Assembly: GCA_045657265.1 (NCBI GenBank)
Contig: JAZOSU010000013.1
Location: 74-64,073, forward strand
Source: Eubacteriales bacterium
Lineage (GTDB): Bacteria; Bacillota; Clostridia; Oscillospirales; QAKW01
DNA length: 64,000 nucleotides
Direction: 5' to 3'
The notes under the pieces were generated by a model. That model did no database searches and had not been told where the DNA came from. It saw only the letters and a program-made list of their open reading frames with translations. A program made the translations under genes and the position numbers. Positions 9,596-19,553 of this stretch are shown one piece after another (the stretch's first letter is position 1; each line of letters opens with the position of its first letter).

Positions 9596-9672
9596 GCGCA
9601 TATAGCTCAGCTGGATAGAGCGTCAGACTCCGACTCTGAAGGCCGCACGTTCGAATCGTGTTATGCGCGCCA
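9596..9672 (+). tRNA. tRNA-Arg (anticodon CCG), CCA encoded
   Basis: Reads GCGCATA TA GCTC AGCTGGATA GAGC G TCAGA CTCCGAC TCTGA AGGCC GCACG TTCGAAT CGTGT TATGCGC G CCA, a full cloverleaf. Confidence 0.9.
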
Positions 9673-9680
9673 AAGTAAAA

Positions 9681-9709
9681 AAGGCTGTAAATTTTTACAG
9701 CCTTTTTCT
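9681..9709. terminator. hairpin terminator after tRNA-Arg
   Basis: AAGGCTGTAAA / TTTACAGCCTT stem followed by a T run. Confidence 0.6.
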
Positions 9710-9920
9710 ATTTAATCATAAGTATCACAGGATAGAGTGTTTCAACTTTTACATCTATTGTATAAATATCATTATCTGTATTTTCAAATTCTACAGGAAC
9801 AAGAGTCATACAAAAAAGCGGCATAATAACTACTCCCGATTTCACCTGATCAATTATGTCCTGACATCTTTGTTACAAATTATCTTCTTTAAGCGGCGTA
9901 ACAGAATATGTATAAAGCAT
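9708..9920 (-). pseudogene. short gene remnant with an in-frame TAA
   Basis: The minus strand reads MLYTYSVTPLKEDNL*QRCQDIIDQVKSGVVIMPLFCMTLVPVEFENTDNDIYTIDVKVETLYPVILMIK*. The stop codon lies at 9873-9875. I do not recognise the family. Confidence 0.25.
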
Positions 9921-9994
9921 AATCTTTTCCTCTTTTAAAATAAAATATCAGTTTTAATTTAGCATAGATGACATTAAAAATGAACGCGAATTAT

Positions 9995-10960
9995 CTATTT
10001 CGACATTATTTCGTCAACTGTAGGCACGTTATTTTCAGTAAAGAAATCAGCAAGATTTTCAAGATAAGAATCAGGATCTACAAGATATGCCATACCGTGT
10101 CCGGCATCTTTGACACTAACCATTCTTTTAGGGCAGGTACATACTTCAAAATTCTCAACACTCATATAATGCGGAACATATCTGTCATCATCTCCGTGGA
10201 AGAAAATCACGGGGATTTTACATTTTTCAAGGCTTTCCACGGGCGATGTTTTCTCAAGGTCAAACCTCCCGAAAATTCTCGCTCCGAGATAAACAAAAGG
10301 ATACAAAGTGTCCGCCGGTAATTTCATTTCTTTTATTACTTTTTTTATAATATCTTTTGCCGAGGTATATCCGCAATCAGCAAGAACTCCCACAACGTTT
10401 TCCGGAAGGTCATACCCTGCTGCTATAGAAACAGTTGCCGCTCCCATTGAAATACCTGTCAGAATAATCTTTACGTCTTTGCCGAATTTATCTATAATAA
10501 AATCTATCCACGATAGGCAGTCTCTGCTTTCATTTATACCAAAGCTTATAACGTTACCTCCGCTTAGTCCTGCTCCGCGTTGGTCAACAAGCAAAACGTT
10601 TCTACCAAGAGAAAAGGCACGTTGTACCCCTCCGCAAAGATCACGCTGCGCACTTCCGCGATAGCCGTGAAACATAATTTCTATGGGTGCATTTTTATTA
10701 CATTCATAATATTTACCATACAGAGTCAGTCCGTCAAAGGACACGGTACTGAACTGTTCATAGGGCATCTGTTTTACTTCCATCATCCATTTTAGCATAG
10801 TTTCTCTATACGGAAGGTATATTCTTCCGGGCGGAAGTTCAAACTCCTCTTTTGGTATCTTTTTGGAAGGCAGAACATAAAAAGCCATCAAAAAGCAAAC
10901 AAAAGATACAAGCAATATCAAAATAATTAAAGTGATCAACACTAAAAAAGTTATATACAT
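9995..10960 (-). CDS. membrane-anchored alpha/beta hydrolase
   Basis: N-terminal TM helix, nucleophile elbow GISMGAAT, and HGDDD near the C-terminus. The ATG at 10960 has a GGGAGGTG SD and is preferred over 10999. Confidence 0.75.
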   Translation of the reverse strand: MYITFLVLITLIILILLVSFVCFLMAFYVLPSKKIPKEEFELPPGRIYLPYRETMLKWMMEVKQMPYEQFSTVSFDGLTLYGKYYECNKNAPIEIMFHGYRGSAQRDLCGGVQRAFSLGRNVLLVDQRGAGLSGGNVISFGINESRDCLSWIDFIIDKFGKDVKIILTGISMGAATVSIAAGYDLPENVVGVLADCGYTSAKDIIKKVIKEMKLPADTLYPFVYLGARIFGRFDLEKTSPVESLEKCKIPVIFFHGDDDRYVPHYMSVENFEVCTCPKRMVSVKDAGHGMAYLVDPDSYLENLADFFTENNVPTVDEIMSK

Positions 10961-11056
10961 ATTGCACCTCCCGACAAATAATAACACAAAACAAAGCAAC
11001 TTGCAATTTTATTTGAAATGTTGTAAACTCTTTTTATAAATATTCGGAGGGGATTT

Positions 11057-12322
11057 ATGAATATTGACGTTAATTACAAAAACAAAAAAAGATACAAAAC
11101 TGCAAAATTTCCTATAAGACAACCTAAAATTATAGTTTACCTTATATGGATTTTATCCAAATTTGCACTTTTAGGAAAAAAATACAAAGTAGAAAAAATC
11201 AATATGGACGGCTTAAAACCGCCTTATATGCTTCTTAGCAATCATATGTATTTTATTGATTTTGAACTCTGCGCAATGGGAACATTTCCTCACAGAGTAA
11301 ACAACGTTGTGAGCATTGACGGATATTACAGAAGACCATGGCTTATGGAGCTTATTGGCGCTATATGTACAAGAAAATTCACTATGGATATCCACCTTAT
11401 AAAATCTATAAATAAAGTTTTGAAACGCGGTGATATTCTTTCAATGTACCCTGAGGCAAGATACTCACCGAGCGGAAAACTTTCATTTCTTCCCGATTCT
11501 TTAGGCAAAATCGTTAAAATGAACAAAGTTCCCGTAGTTGCTGTTGTTCATCACGGAAACTATTTACACTCACCTTTCTGGAATTACCGCAAAAAGCGTA
11601 AAGCTCCGCTTTACACAACAATGACTCAGATACTCACTGCAAAACAGATAGAAGAAATGAGCATAGAGCAGATAAACAAAGCTCTGAGAGAAGGTCTTAA
11701 TTACAACGACTACGAATATCAGCAAAAAAACGGAATATTAATAAAAGAAGACTTCCGTGCTGAAGGTATTCACAAAATACTTTATCAGTGCCCACATTGT
11801 ATGGCAGAATCAAAAATGGATTCAAAAGGCACTGAAATATTCTGCAAAGAATGTGGTAAACGCTGGGTTCTTAACGAAAACGGAACCATTTCCGCTCTTG
11901 ACGGAAACACAGAATTCCATCAGGTTAACGACTGGTTTGATTGGGAAAGAGAACAAGTCAAAGCTCAGATTGAAAACGGAACATATCATTTCGAAGATGA
12001 GGTTGATGTCTATTCAATGCCAAGATGCTGGAAATTTGAGAAACTCGGCCATGCAAAACTCACTCATGATACAGAAAACGGATTTACCCTCAAAGGTGTT
12101 TACCGAGAAAAAGAATATCACATTCAAAGAAAACCATTTGAAACAAACAGTCTTCACATAGAATACGATTACTGTTACATCAAACCTTTTGATTGTGTTG
12201 ATATTTCAACCGAAAATGATTCATTCTACTGTTATCCCACAAAAGAAAACGTAGTTACAAAACTCGCATTTGCAACAGAAGAACTCTTCAAAATTCATCA
12301 CAATAAACATAAAAAATGCTAA
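11057..12322 (+). CDS. lysophospholipid (PlsC-family) acyltransferase with C-terminal zinc ribbon
   Basis: Has the HX4D motif NHMYFIDFE and EARYSPSG, followed downstream by CPHC...CKEC. Confidence 0.7.
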   Translation: MNIDVNYKNKKRYKTAKFPIRQPKIIVYLIWILSKFALLGKKYKVEKINMDGLKPPYMLLSNHMYFIDFELCAMGTFPHRVNNVVSIDGYYRRPWLMELIGAICTRKFTMDIHLIKSINKVLKRGDILSMYPEARYSPSGKLSFLPDSLGKIVKMNKVPVVAVVHHGNYLHSPFWNYRKKRKAPLYTTMTQILTAKQIEEMSIEQINKALREGLNYNDYEYQQKNGILIKEDFRAEGIHKILYQCPHCMAESKMDSKGTEIFCKECGKRWVLNENGTISALDGNTEFHQVNDWFDWEREQVKAQIENGTYHFEDEVDVYSMPRCWKFEKLGHAKLTHDTENGFTLKGVYREKEYHIQRKPFETNSLHIEYDYCYIKPFDCVDISTENDSFYCYPTKENVVTKLAFATEELFKIHHNKHKKC

Positions 12323-12458
12323 TTTATGTCAAAACGCGAATTTTTTATCAAAAATATATAAAAGTTTTATAAAATGTATTTATTTTTTGTCTAATATGTG
12401 ATATCATTTGATTGAGATAAAGATAAGCTTTATCAATTTTGAATCGGAGGCAAAAAAT

Positions 12459-12980
12459 ATGAAAACTGTATTTAATTTAAGAAAAGTAGATGTAGCAGAA
12501 AAAGACACATTGCTTATTGAGAAAAAGCTCACAAGACTTGAAAAGTTTTTCAGTAGCAGTGCTATTGCCACCGTAACTATTTCCAAAACAAGAGAAAACA
12601 CAAATGTTGAAGTAACGGTTGCGGAAAAAGGAATGTTTTTCAGAGCTGAGCGTTCAGGCAAAAGTCTTACCGCTTGCGTCGACGAAATTATAGATATACT
12701 CACAAGACAAATAAGAAAGAATAAAACAAGACTCGAAAAACGGTTATATGATGGAAAACCGATGGCTTTTGACAGTGAATACATCGATCAGGAAGAATAT
12801 AACATAGTTAAATCAAAAACGGTATATTTAAAGCCAATGGACAAAGAAGAAGCTATTCTGGAAATGAATATGCTCGGACATTCTTTCTTCCTGTATCAAG
12901 ATGAAGACACTCACAAGGTTTGTCTTGCATACAAAAGACAGGACGGAGATTACGGAATATTGGAAGCCGAAATTCAATAA
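12459..12980 (+). CDS. hpf: ribosome hibernation promoting factor (long HPF)
   Basis: MKTVFNLRKVDV...LTRLEKFF...; the C-terminal dimerisation domain reads KSKTVYLKPMDKEEAILEMNMLGHSFFLYQDEDT...VCLAYKRQDGDYGILE. A GGAGG SD precedes the ATG at 12459. Confidence 0.85.
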   Translation: MKTVFNLRKVDVAEKDTLLIEKKLTRLEKFFSSSAIATVTISKTRENTNVEVTVAEKGMFFRAERSGKSLTACVDEIIDILTRQIRKNKTRLEKRLYDGKPMAFDSEYIDQEEYNIVKSKTVYLKPMDKEEAILEMNMLGHSFFLYQDEDTHKVCLAYKRQDGDYGILEAEIQ

Positions 12981-13025
12981 TCTGAAAACAAAAATAGCTT
13001 AGAGGAAAATCCTCTAAGCTATTTT

Positions 13026-13817
13026 TTATTGTTCTGTTTGTGTATTTTCTTCAACAGCTGTTTCAGTCTGTTCCGGTTTTGTTTGCTCAAAAGGATTATA
13101 TTCCTCCTGAACTTCAACCGTTTCTTCTTCAGCAGCAGGTTGTTCGATAACTTCTGCCTCGTTTTCAAAATCCACTGACTGTTCTTCTTGTTGGAAGTTT
13201 TCATTGCCCTTTATATTTTCAAGCCAGATCTGATATCCACTTTTATTATGACGTATAACAAATATGAAAATACATACTGTCACATGGCATATTACTGACA
13301 AGATTTCAAAAAGCACTGCGTTATCAGGTGAATATTCTTTATAAATTCTATAGAGAGCTATATACATAAAAATCATATAGCATACGCTGAAAACAGAAGT
13401 TAAAAGTGTGATTAATGTTGCCGCAGCTAAAAAAATGTAAGTTTCAAGCAAAAAAGCCGCAACAACAAAGGGAACTGCAAACACAGATAAAACCGACTTC
13501 ACAATATAAAACGATAAAAGTTTTACAGCATAGTTTGATTTTTTGCTCATAGTAGCATCTATATCATCTGCTATTTTACCGAAATAGTAAATATTAGCAA
13601 AAGGAATAAATGCGATGAAAGGATTTTTCATGCCACGGTTTTTAGCTATATTATACAAGCCTATTGACTGGAAAATATATTGTGCAGAAAAAACCACCAA
13701 AGCAAAAAACATTGACAGCAAAATCATAATTATAGCTGACAAAACGTCTTGCACACCCGTTGAAAAAAATTCAGGTGTAGGAGCAAAATCATACTGCGGA
13801 TAATAATCAAAATACAT
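13026..13817 (-). CDS. hypothetical polytopic membrane protein with acidic Q/E-rich tail
   Basis: 263-aa ORF with several hydrophobic segments; no motif recognised. Confidence 0.5.
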   Translation of the reverse strand: MYFDYYPQYDFAPTPEFFSTGVQDVLSAIIMILLSMFFALVVFSAQYIFQSIGLYNIAKNRGMKNPFIAFIPFANIYYFGKIADDIDATMSKKSNYAVKLLSFYIVKSVLSVFAVPFVVAAFLLETYIFLAAATLITLLTSVFSVCYMIFMYIALYRIYKEYSPDNAVLFEILSVICHVTVCIFIFVIRHNKSGYQIWLENIKGNENFQQEEQSVDFENEAEVIEQPAAEEETVEVQEEYNPFEQTKPEQTETAVEENTQTEQ

Positions 13818-13833
13818 AGTTTATATCTCCTGT

Positions 13834-14118
13834 TTATTTAGTTTTAAGCGCACGCTGAAGCCAGATAAGACCTATATCAAGCGCATCATACAAACTTTTC
13901 TTTTCGCTTTTTTTGAGAAGACGCTCCATTGGTGATTTAGTCTCATCAGTAAGCAAAAGTTCAAGTGATACTTTTGTGGGGATATCTTTTGCATCTGTAT
14001 CAAGAATGGTTATAAAAATTATATGCGTATCAGCAGGATTACCGAAATAGATATAATTTTTATAACGAACAAGAGGAAGACCCTTGTATGTTAAATATTT
14101 TTGTTCTTTTGTAGACAT
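13834..14118 (-). CDS. hypothetical protein (94 aa)
   Basis: ORF with an AGGAG SD before the ATG at 14118; function unknown. Confidence 0.4.
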   Translation of the reverse strand: MSTKEQKYLTYKGLPLVRYKNYIYFGNPADTHIIFITILDTDAKDIPTKVSLELLLTDETKSPMERLLKKSEKKSLYDALDIGLIWLQRALKTK

Positions 14119-14301
14119 TGGGATTACTCCTTTATTAATAGTAGAAATATGATACCACATTATTAATCGTTTGTAAATAAAAATATATTGAGTATTTTAT
14201 TAATTTATGTTAAACTATTTGTTAACTCAAGGTGACAAGAATAATCCGCCTTTTAAAAACAAGTTCGGATTATTTTTGTCACCTTACGTTGGAGGAACAA
14301 A

Positions 14302-16566
14302 ATGCAACAAATCAGTAATACAGAAAAAATAAAAGCACAGCTTGATAAAATGAACGATATGCAAAGACTTGCGGTAAATCATACCGAAGGACCGCTTCTC
14401 ATACTCGCAGGTGCCGGTTCGGGCAAAACAACCGTTCTTATCAGCAGAATTGCAAATATACTTTCAAAGGGGCTTTGCTACCCATCAAATATACTTGCCA
14501 TAACATTTACAAATAAAGCGGCAAAAGAACTTGTTACAAGAATTGAAAATCTTTTAGGCGAAGACGGAAGCGGAGTATGGGCATCTACCTTCCACAGTTT
14601 TTGTTCCAAGGTACTCAGACGTAACATTGAAAAAATCGGATATTCCAATGATTTTTCAATTTTTGACACAGACGATTCTTTAAGGGTTATCAAAAACTGT
14701 CAGAAAGAGCTGGGCATCGACCCTCAGATACTTGCACCAAGAGCTGTACTTAGCAGAATATCCCGTTGCAAAGACATCGAAGTATCACCTGCCTCGTACA
14801 CTGCTAATTTCGGTAATGATTCATACAACAACGATATATGCAACATATATGAAAGATACGAAAAGCAGTTAAAACAGTCAAACGCTCTTGATTTTGACGA
14901 TATTATTTTAAAAACAGTTCAGCTTTTTGAAAAATGTCCTGAAGTGCTTGATTTTTATTCATCAAAATTCAAATACATAATGGTAGATGAGTATCAGGAT
15001 ACCAACCCTCTGCAGTACAAACTCATATATATGCTTCAGACCGTAAACAAAAATCTATGCGTTGTTGGTGACGACGACCAAAGTATTTACAAATTCCGCG
15101 GAGCTACAATTGAAAACATACTTTCATTTGAAAAGCATTTTAAAAACGCAACAGTTATCAGGCTCGAACAAAACTACCGTTCATCAGGCAACATACTGAA
15201 TGCCGCAAACAACGTTATTTCAAACAACTCTCAAAGAAAAGGTAAAACTTTATGGACCGCATCGGGAAACGGTGAGCCTATATATGAAAACTGTCTTGAT
15301 GATGAGTATCAGGAAAGTCTTTTTGTTGCAGACACTGTTTTGGATTCTGTCGGCACCGAAAATATGCACTACGGTGATTTTGCGGTTTTATACAGAACAA
15401 ATGCGCAGTCAAACTCTTTGGAGCAGATGTTTGTAAAAAGCGGTATTCCATACAAGATAATCGGCGGTATGAAGTTCTATGAAAGAAAAGAAATCAAAGA
15501 TATCCTTTCATACGTTTATCTTATTCACAACACATCAGACGACCTTCGTCTTATGCGAATTATAAACGAGCCAAAAAGAAAAATAGGACAGACAACCGTT
15601 GATACTATCCGTGAAATAGCCACAAAAGACAATTTATCGATGTTTGAAGTGGCGAAAAATGCCGAAATTTACACCGAACTCTCTCGAAACACTGTCAAGC
15701 TTAAAACCTTTACAGATTTAATAGAAAACATACATACAAACAAAGACAAAATGCCTATATCTGAGATAATAAAAGATATCTCGGTAAAGAGCGGATACAT
15801 TTCGATGCTTGAAGCAGAGAACACAGAAGAAGCACGTGACAGAATCAACAACATTGCAGAGCTTGTATCTACGGCAGTTTTATTTGAACAGCAAAGTGAA
15901 GAACCTACGCTTGCTGCATTTTTAGAAGAAATTTCGCTTATGACGGATATTGACAATCTTGAAGACAGTGATGACAGAGTTATAATGATGACTCTTCACA
16001 GTGCAAAAGGTCTTGAGTTTGACAATGTATTTTTAGTTGGTACAGAAGAAGGATTATTTCCCGGTCAGAGATCAATGGAATCCGAATCTGAGCTTGAAGA
16101 AGAACGCAGACTTATGTATGTTGGTATTACAAGAGCAAGAAAACGCCTTTACATCACACATACTAAACGCAGAACACTTTTTGGCAACACCAAATACAAT
16201 ATGCCCTCAAGATTCTTAAAAGAGATACCCTCCGAAATAATAAAATGCCTTTACAACAAAAATAGTTTCCCGCCTATGACCACTGTAATATCAGGATACG
16301 GACAACAGATGCCCAAAACATCAGGCGTACAGGTTAAAAAGATAGATTTAAACAAACCTGCACCACAGATAAGAAAACCTGTTGCAACCAAAACCGTATC
16401 AGTTGCTGATTTTGATATAGGCGATAGAGTAAGTCATAAAACTTTTGGAGAAGGCACTCTTCTTTCAAAAAAGCCTATGGGTGGAGACACATTACTGGAA
16501 GTCAACTTTGATAAAGTCGGAACTAAAAAGATTATGGCTAATTTTGCAAAACTTGAAAAAATATAA
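14302..16566 (+). CDS. pcrA: ATP-dependent DNA helicase PcrA/UvrD
   Basis: 754 aa with AGAGSGKTTVL (Walker A), DEYQDTN, VGDDDQSIYKFRGA, and TLHSAKGLEFD..VGITRA. Confidence 0.9.
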   Translation: MQQISNTEKIKAQLDKMNDMQRLAVNHTEGPLLILAGAGSGKTTVLISRIANILSKGLCYPSNILAITFTNKAAKELVTRIENLLGEDGSGVWASTFHSFCSKVLRRNIEKIGYSNDFSIFDTDDSLRVIKNCQKELGIDPQILAPRAVLSRISRCKDIEVSPASYTANFGNDSYNNDICNIYERYEKQLKQSNALDFDDIILKTVQLFEKCPEVLDFYSSKFKYIMVDEYQDTNPLQYKLIYMLQTVNKNLCVVGDDDQSIYKFRGATIENILSFEKHFKNATVIRLEQNYRSSGNILNAANNVISNNSQRKGKTLWTASGNGEPIYENCLDDEYQESLFVADTVLDSVGTENMHYGDFAVLYRTNAQSNSLEQMFVKSGIPYKIIGGMKFYERKEIKDILSYVYLIHNTSDDLRLMRIINEPKRKIGQTTVDTIREIATKDNLSMFEVAKNAEIYTELSRNTVKLKTFTDLIENIHTNKDKMPISEIIKDISVKSGYISMLEAENTEEARDRINNIAELVSTAVLFEQQSEEPTLAAFLEEISLMTDIDNLEDSDDRVIMMTLHSAKGLEFDNVFLVGTEEGLFPGQRSMESESELEEERRLMYVGITRARKRLYITHTKRRTLFGNTKYNMPSRFLKEIPSEIIKCLYNKNSFPPMTTVISGYGQQMPKTSGVQVKKIDLNKPAPQIRKPVATKTVSVADFDIGDRVSHKTFGEGTLLSKKPMGGDTLLEVNFDKVGTKKIMANFAKLEKI

Positions 16567-16590
16567 AAGAAATAATTGAGTCTTTGATAT

Positions 16591-16840
16591 GCACCTCCAA
16601 AAGTCAGACACTTTTGCACAAGTTCAGTAAAAACGGACAATAGAAAAAAAGAGCCCCCTATGGTAGAATAAAAGAAACTACCATAGGGGGATTTTGTATA
16701 CCAAGAGAATACAACTTAAAACAAAACTGACTCCCCTTGAAATGAGAAGTCAGTATGTTTCTTAAAATTTATTTTTAACTACCATAAGGTGCTTTTTTTG
16801 TGCTGTCTGCACAAATTGGGGCAGTCCATTTTGGAGGTGC
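16591..16840. repeat. MITE-like hairpin cluster bounded by 12-bp inverted repeats
   Basis: GCACCTCCAAAA (16591-16602) and TTTTGGAGGTGC (16829-16840) are perfect inverted repeats. Inside is a perfect 13-bp hairpin CCCCCTATGGTAG/CTACCATAGGGGG (16654-16690), a third CTACCATAAGG copy (16779-16789) and an ACTGACT/AGTCAGT hairpin (16726-16754). Confidence 0.3.
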
Positions 16841-17070
16841 TATTTGTTTTTTCATTTTTTATTATTGCCTCTTTTATTTTTTATTTTATTATAGCAAAAC
16901 ACAATAATTCGAGCTTATTTTGATAATATGCATAAGAATTCAAACAAAAACAATCAGATCAAAATAAAACGAAAGGTTTTTATGTTCAGCATCTATCCTC
17001 TCAAAGACATTGACGGATTTATTAACGAATAAACAGGTAAATATATATTTATGTTGATTTTTATATTAAA

Positions 17071-18981
17071 ATGAGAGATAATAAAGAAAAAATCAAAAAA
17101 GGTGTAAATACAGTGAACGCTTTTCTTTCAAAAACAAACACAAAAAAATTAACAGGAAATACGCTTCTGGTTGTGGGAATTTTCGTATATTCTTTCATTC
17201 TGGTTGCATTAGGTGAACTTGCGGCACATCACAGTTTGTCACAAATATTTATTTTTTTATCACTGGATAATGTTTTTTTAGCCGTTGCCAACACTTCCCT
17301 GCTTATAGGTCTTATAATAACGTTTCTTACATTTATAACCACAAAACTTTCGATAGGTATTGGCGTTACAAGTGTTGTTACCATAGTTCTTTTTATAGCT
17401 GACGGAATGAAAATTCTCTTCAGAAGCGAACCGCTTTACACATGGGATTTTGCGATTGCCGGAGAGGCAGCAAACGTTCTTGGCAGTGTAGGGCTTAATT
17501 TTTCATCCGCTATGATTCTTGGAATAATTTTCGTTTTATTTTCTATAGCAGCATCTATTATATTCGACATTAAATTTTCAAAAAAACTGTTGATGAAATA
17601 CAGATTTCAGATTATTCCGTCTGTTGTTTGCGTATTACTGTTCGTTATTTGTTGGAACACTTTATTTACAAACAGCTATATGGAAAAGCATAATCTGCAC
17701 GCTGTTAACTGGGAACAGGTAAGAAGCTACAAACGAAACGGTCTTATATATTCGATGCTTTCCAACAAAATACTCGCAAAAGTTACAGAACCTGAAAACT
17801 ATAGCGAAGAAACCATAAACAAAATAATTTCAAAAACAACCATAGGTGAAAATGAAACGGTAAAGCCAAACATAATAATATTTATGAGTGAGGCTTATTC
17901 CGATATTGAAAATGCAAAAAACGTCACATTTTCAAAAGACATTAATGAGAATTTTGATAAATTATCAAATGATTTTATGAGCGGAAGATGTCTGACAAGA
18001 CAGTTTGGCGGCGGTACTGCAAATTCTGAGTTTGAAGTATTAACAGGACTTTCAGCAAGTCTTTTACCGCCCGGAACTATTGCATACACAAGTTACGTAA
18101 ACAAAAGCACTCCGAATTTTGTTTCTTATCTCAACTCTATAGGATATTACACAACTGCATCACATCCATACATCAGAAGTTTTTTCAGTAGAGAATCTGC
18201 ATATGAAGATATGGGATTTGCCGAGTTTCACAGCGAAGAAAATTTCGGTGATGCGCAAAGAAAAAGAGCCGAAAACTACATCACAGACGATGCTTTGGTT
18301 GACAAGATAATATCGCTTTATGAGCAAAACAAACAAAGCGGAAAACCGTTTTTCAATCATTCTGTTTCAATGCAAAATCATTCTTCTTACTGGCCTGACG
18401 AATTTAAAGGCGAAGATCTGGTAACCGCTTCAACAAATGCCGACATAACTGATTCAGAACACAAAGCGTTGGAAACATACGCATCAGGCATTGCGCTTTC
18501 TGACAAAGCTTTAGGAAAGCTTGTGGAATACTTTGAAAAAGTTTCAGAGCCTACCGTTATATTATATTTCGGCGACCATCAGCCTTATCTTTCAGAAGAT
18601 ACTTTTACAATGCTTCAGAAGATAGGATATTTATCATCAGACGAGCTTGAAGCAAATTACAAATATTACTCAACACCGTATCTTATCTGGAATAATTTTG
18701 ACAAAGAAAAACAAAACGAAAAGCAAAGTATGTCGATGTTTCATCTACTTCCGTATATGACGGACAAGCTTAATATGGTAAGACCCGACTACTATTATTT
18801 TATGAATGATTTCTTTTCCGAGTGCAAAGGGTTTACCGACAGGATGTATCTTGACAGTCAAGGCGCTCCAACAACGACACAGACAGAAGATGCTGTAGTT
18901 TTGACAGAAGAATTCAAAATGTTACAGTATGACATATTACACGGAAACAGATATTGCAAAGAATCCTTTTACAACAAATAA
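17071..18981 (+). CDS. LTA synthase family (membrane-anchored sulfatase-domain) protein
   Basis: 636 aa with about 5 N-terminal TM helices and an extracellular sulfatase-like domain (IIIFMSEAYSD..., GGGTANSEFEVLTGL, YFGDHQP). Confidence 0.75.
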   Translation: MRDNKEKIKKGVNTVNAFLSKTNTKKLTGNTLLVVGIFVYSFILVALGELAAHHSLSQIFIFLSLDNVFLAVANTSLLIGLIITFLTFITTKLSIGIGVTSVVTIVLFIADGMKILFRSEPLYTWDFAIAGEAANVLGSVGLNFSSAMILGIIFVLFSIAASIIFDIKFSKKLLMKYRFQIIPSVVCVLLFVICWNTLFTNSYMEKHNLHAVNWEQVRSYKRNGLIYSMLSNKILAKVTEPENYSEETINKIISKTTIGENETVKPNIIIFMSEAYSDIENAKNVTFSKDINENFDKLSNDFMSGRCLTRQFGGGTANSEFEVLTGLSASLLPPGTIAYTSYVNKSTPNFVSYLNSIGYYTTASHPYIRSFFSRESAYEDMGFAEFHSEENFGDAQRKRAENYITDDALVDKIISLYEQNKQSGKPFFNHSVSMQNHSSYWPDEFKGEDLVTASTNADITDSEHKALETYASGIALSDKALGKLVEYFEKVSEPTVILYFGDHQPYLSEDTFTMLQKIGYLSSDELEANYKYYSTPYLIWNNFDKEKQNEKQSMSMFHLLPYMTDKLNMVRPDYYYFMNDFFSECKGFTDRMYLDSQGAPTTTQTEDAVVLTEEFKMLQYDILHGNRYCKESFYNK

Positions 18982-19069
18982 AAAACTTCGGGATATTTTC
19001 CCGAAGTTTTTTATTTACAACAAACGTAAAAAAGGCAACGCATCAGCGTTGCCTTTTAATGAGCATAAA

Positions 19070-19411
19070 TTATACTTTCTGTTTAACTTTAGCAGCTTTA
19101 CCAACTCTGTCACGGATGTAGTAGAGTTTAGCACGTCTAACTTTACCTTTACGGATAATTTCAACGTTTTCTACTTTAGGTGAATGAACAAGGAATGTTC
19201 TTTCTACACCAACACCGTAAGCAACTCTTCTTACTTTAAAAGTTTCAGAAATGCCGCCGCCACGTTTTGCGATGATAGTACCTTCAAATGCCTGAATTCT
19301 TTCTCTGTTACCTTCAGTAACCTTAACGCTTACGCGAACAGTATCACCGATGTTAAGTTCGAATCTGTCAGCTTTGATTTGCTCATCAGTTACAGCTTTC
19401 AAATAATCCAT
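19070..19411 (-). CDS. rplS: 50S ribosomal protein L19
   Basis: [44 protein letters not shown]...; GGAGGA SD before the ATG at 19411. Confidence 0.9.
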   Translation of the reverse strand: MDYLKAVTDEQIKADRFELNIGDTVRVSVKVTEGNRERIQAFEGTIIAKRGGGISETFKVRRVAYGVGVERTFLVHSPKVENVEIIRKGKVRRAKLYYIRDRVGKAAKVKQKV

Positions 19412-19545
19412 TGTAACTTTTCCTCCTAAAAATTTAATAAAGGGGATATATCCTTGGGTATTCATACGAGCAAAGGCAGAGGACTACCCATCAGAATTTC
19501 TTCCACAATCTTTAGTATAATAACATATTATTTTCCAATTTGCAA
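19412..19545 (-). promoter_or_regulatory. rplS promoter plus ~100-nt structured 5' UTR (possible L19 leader)
   Basis: On the minus strand: TTGCAA (19540-19545), a 17-nt spacer, then TATTAT (19517-19522). The UTR contains GGGTA...TACCC and AAGG...CCTT pairings. The autoregulatory-leader identity is not verified. Confidence 0.3.
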
Positions 19546-19553
19546 TACTTTTT

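Noticed and set aside
9873-9875. An in-frame TAA in the small minus-strand ORF 9708-9920 could be a recoding site.
   Set aside because: TAA is not a known Sec/Pyl recoding codon, there is no downstream recoding structure, and the ORF is short and unrecognised. A remnant or pseudogene is the simpler reading.
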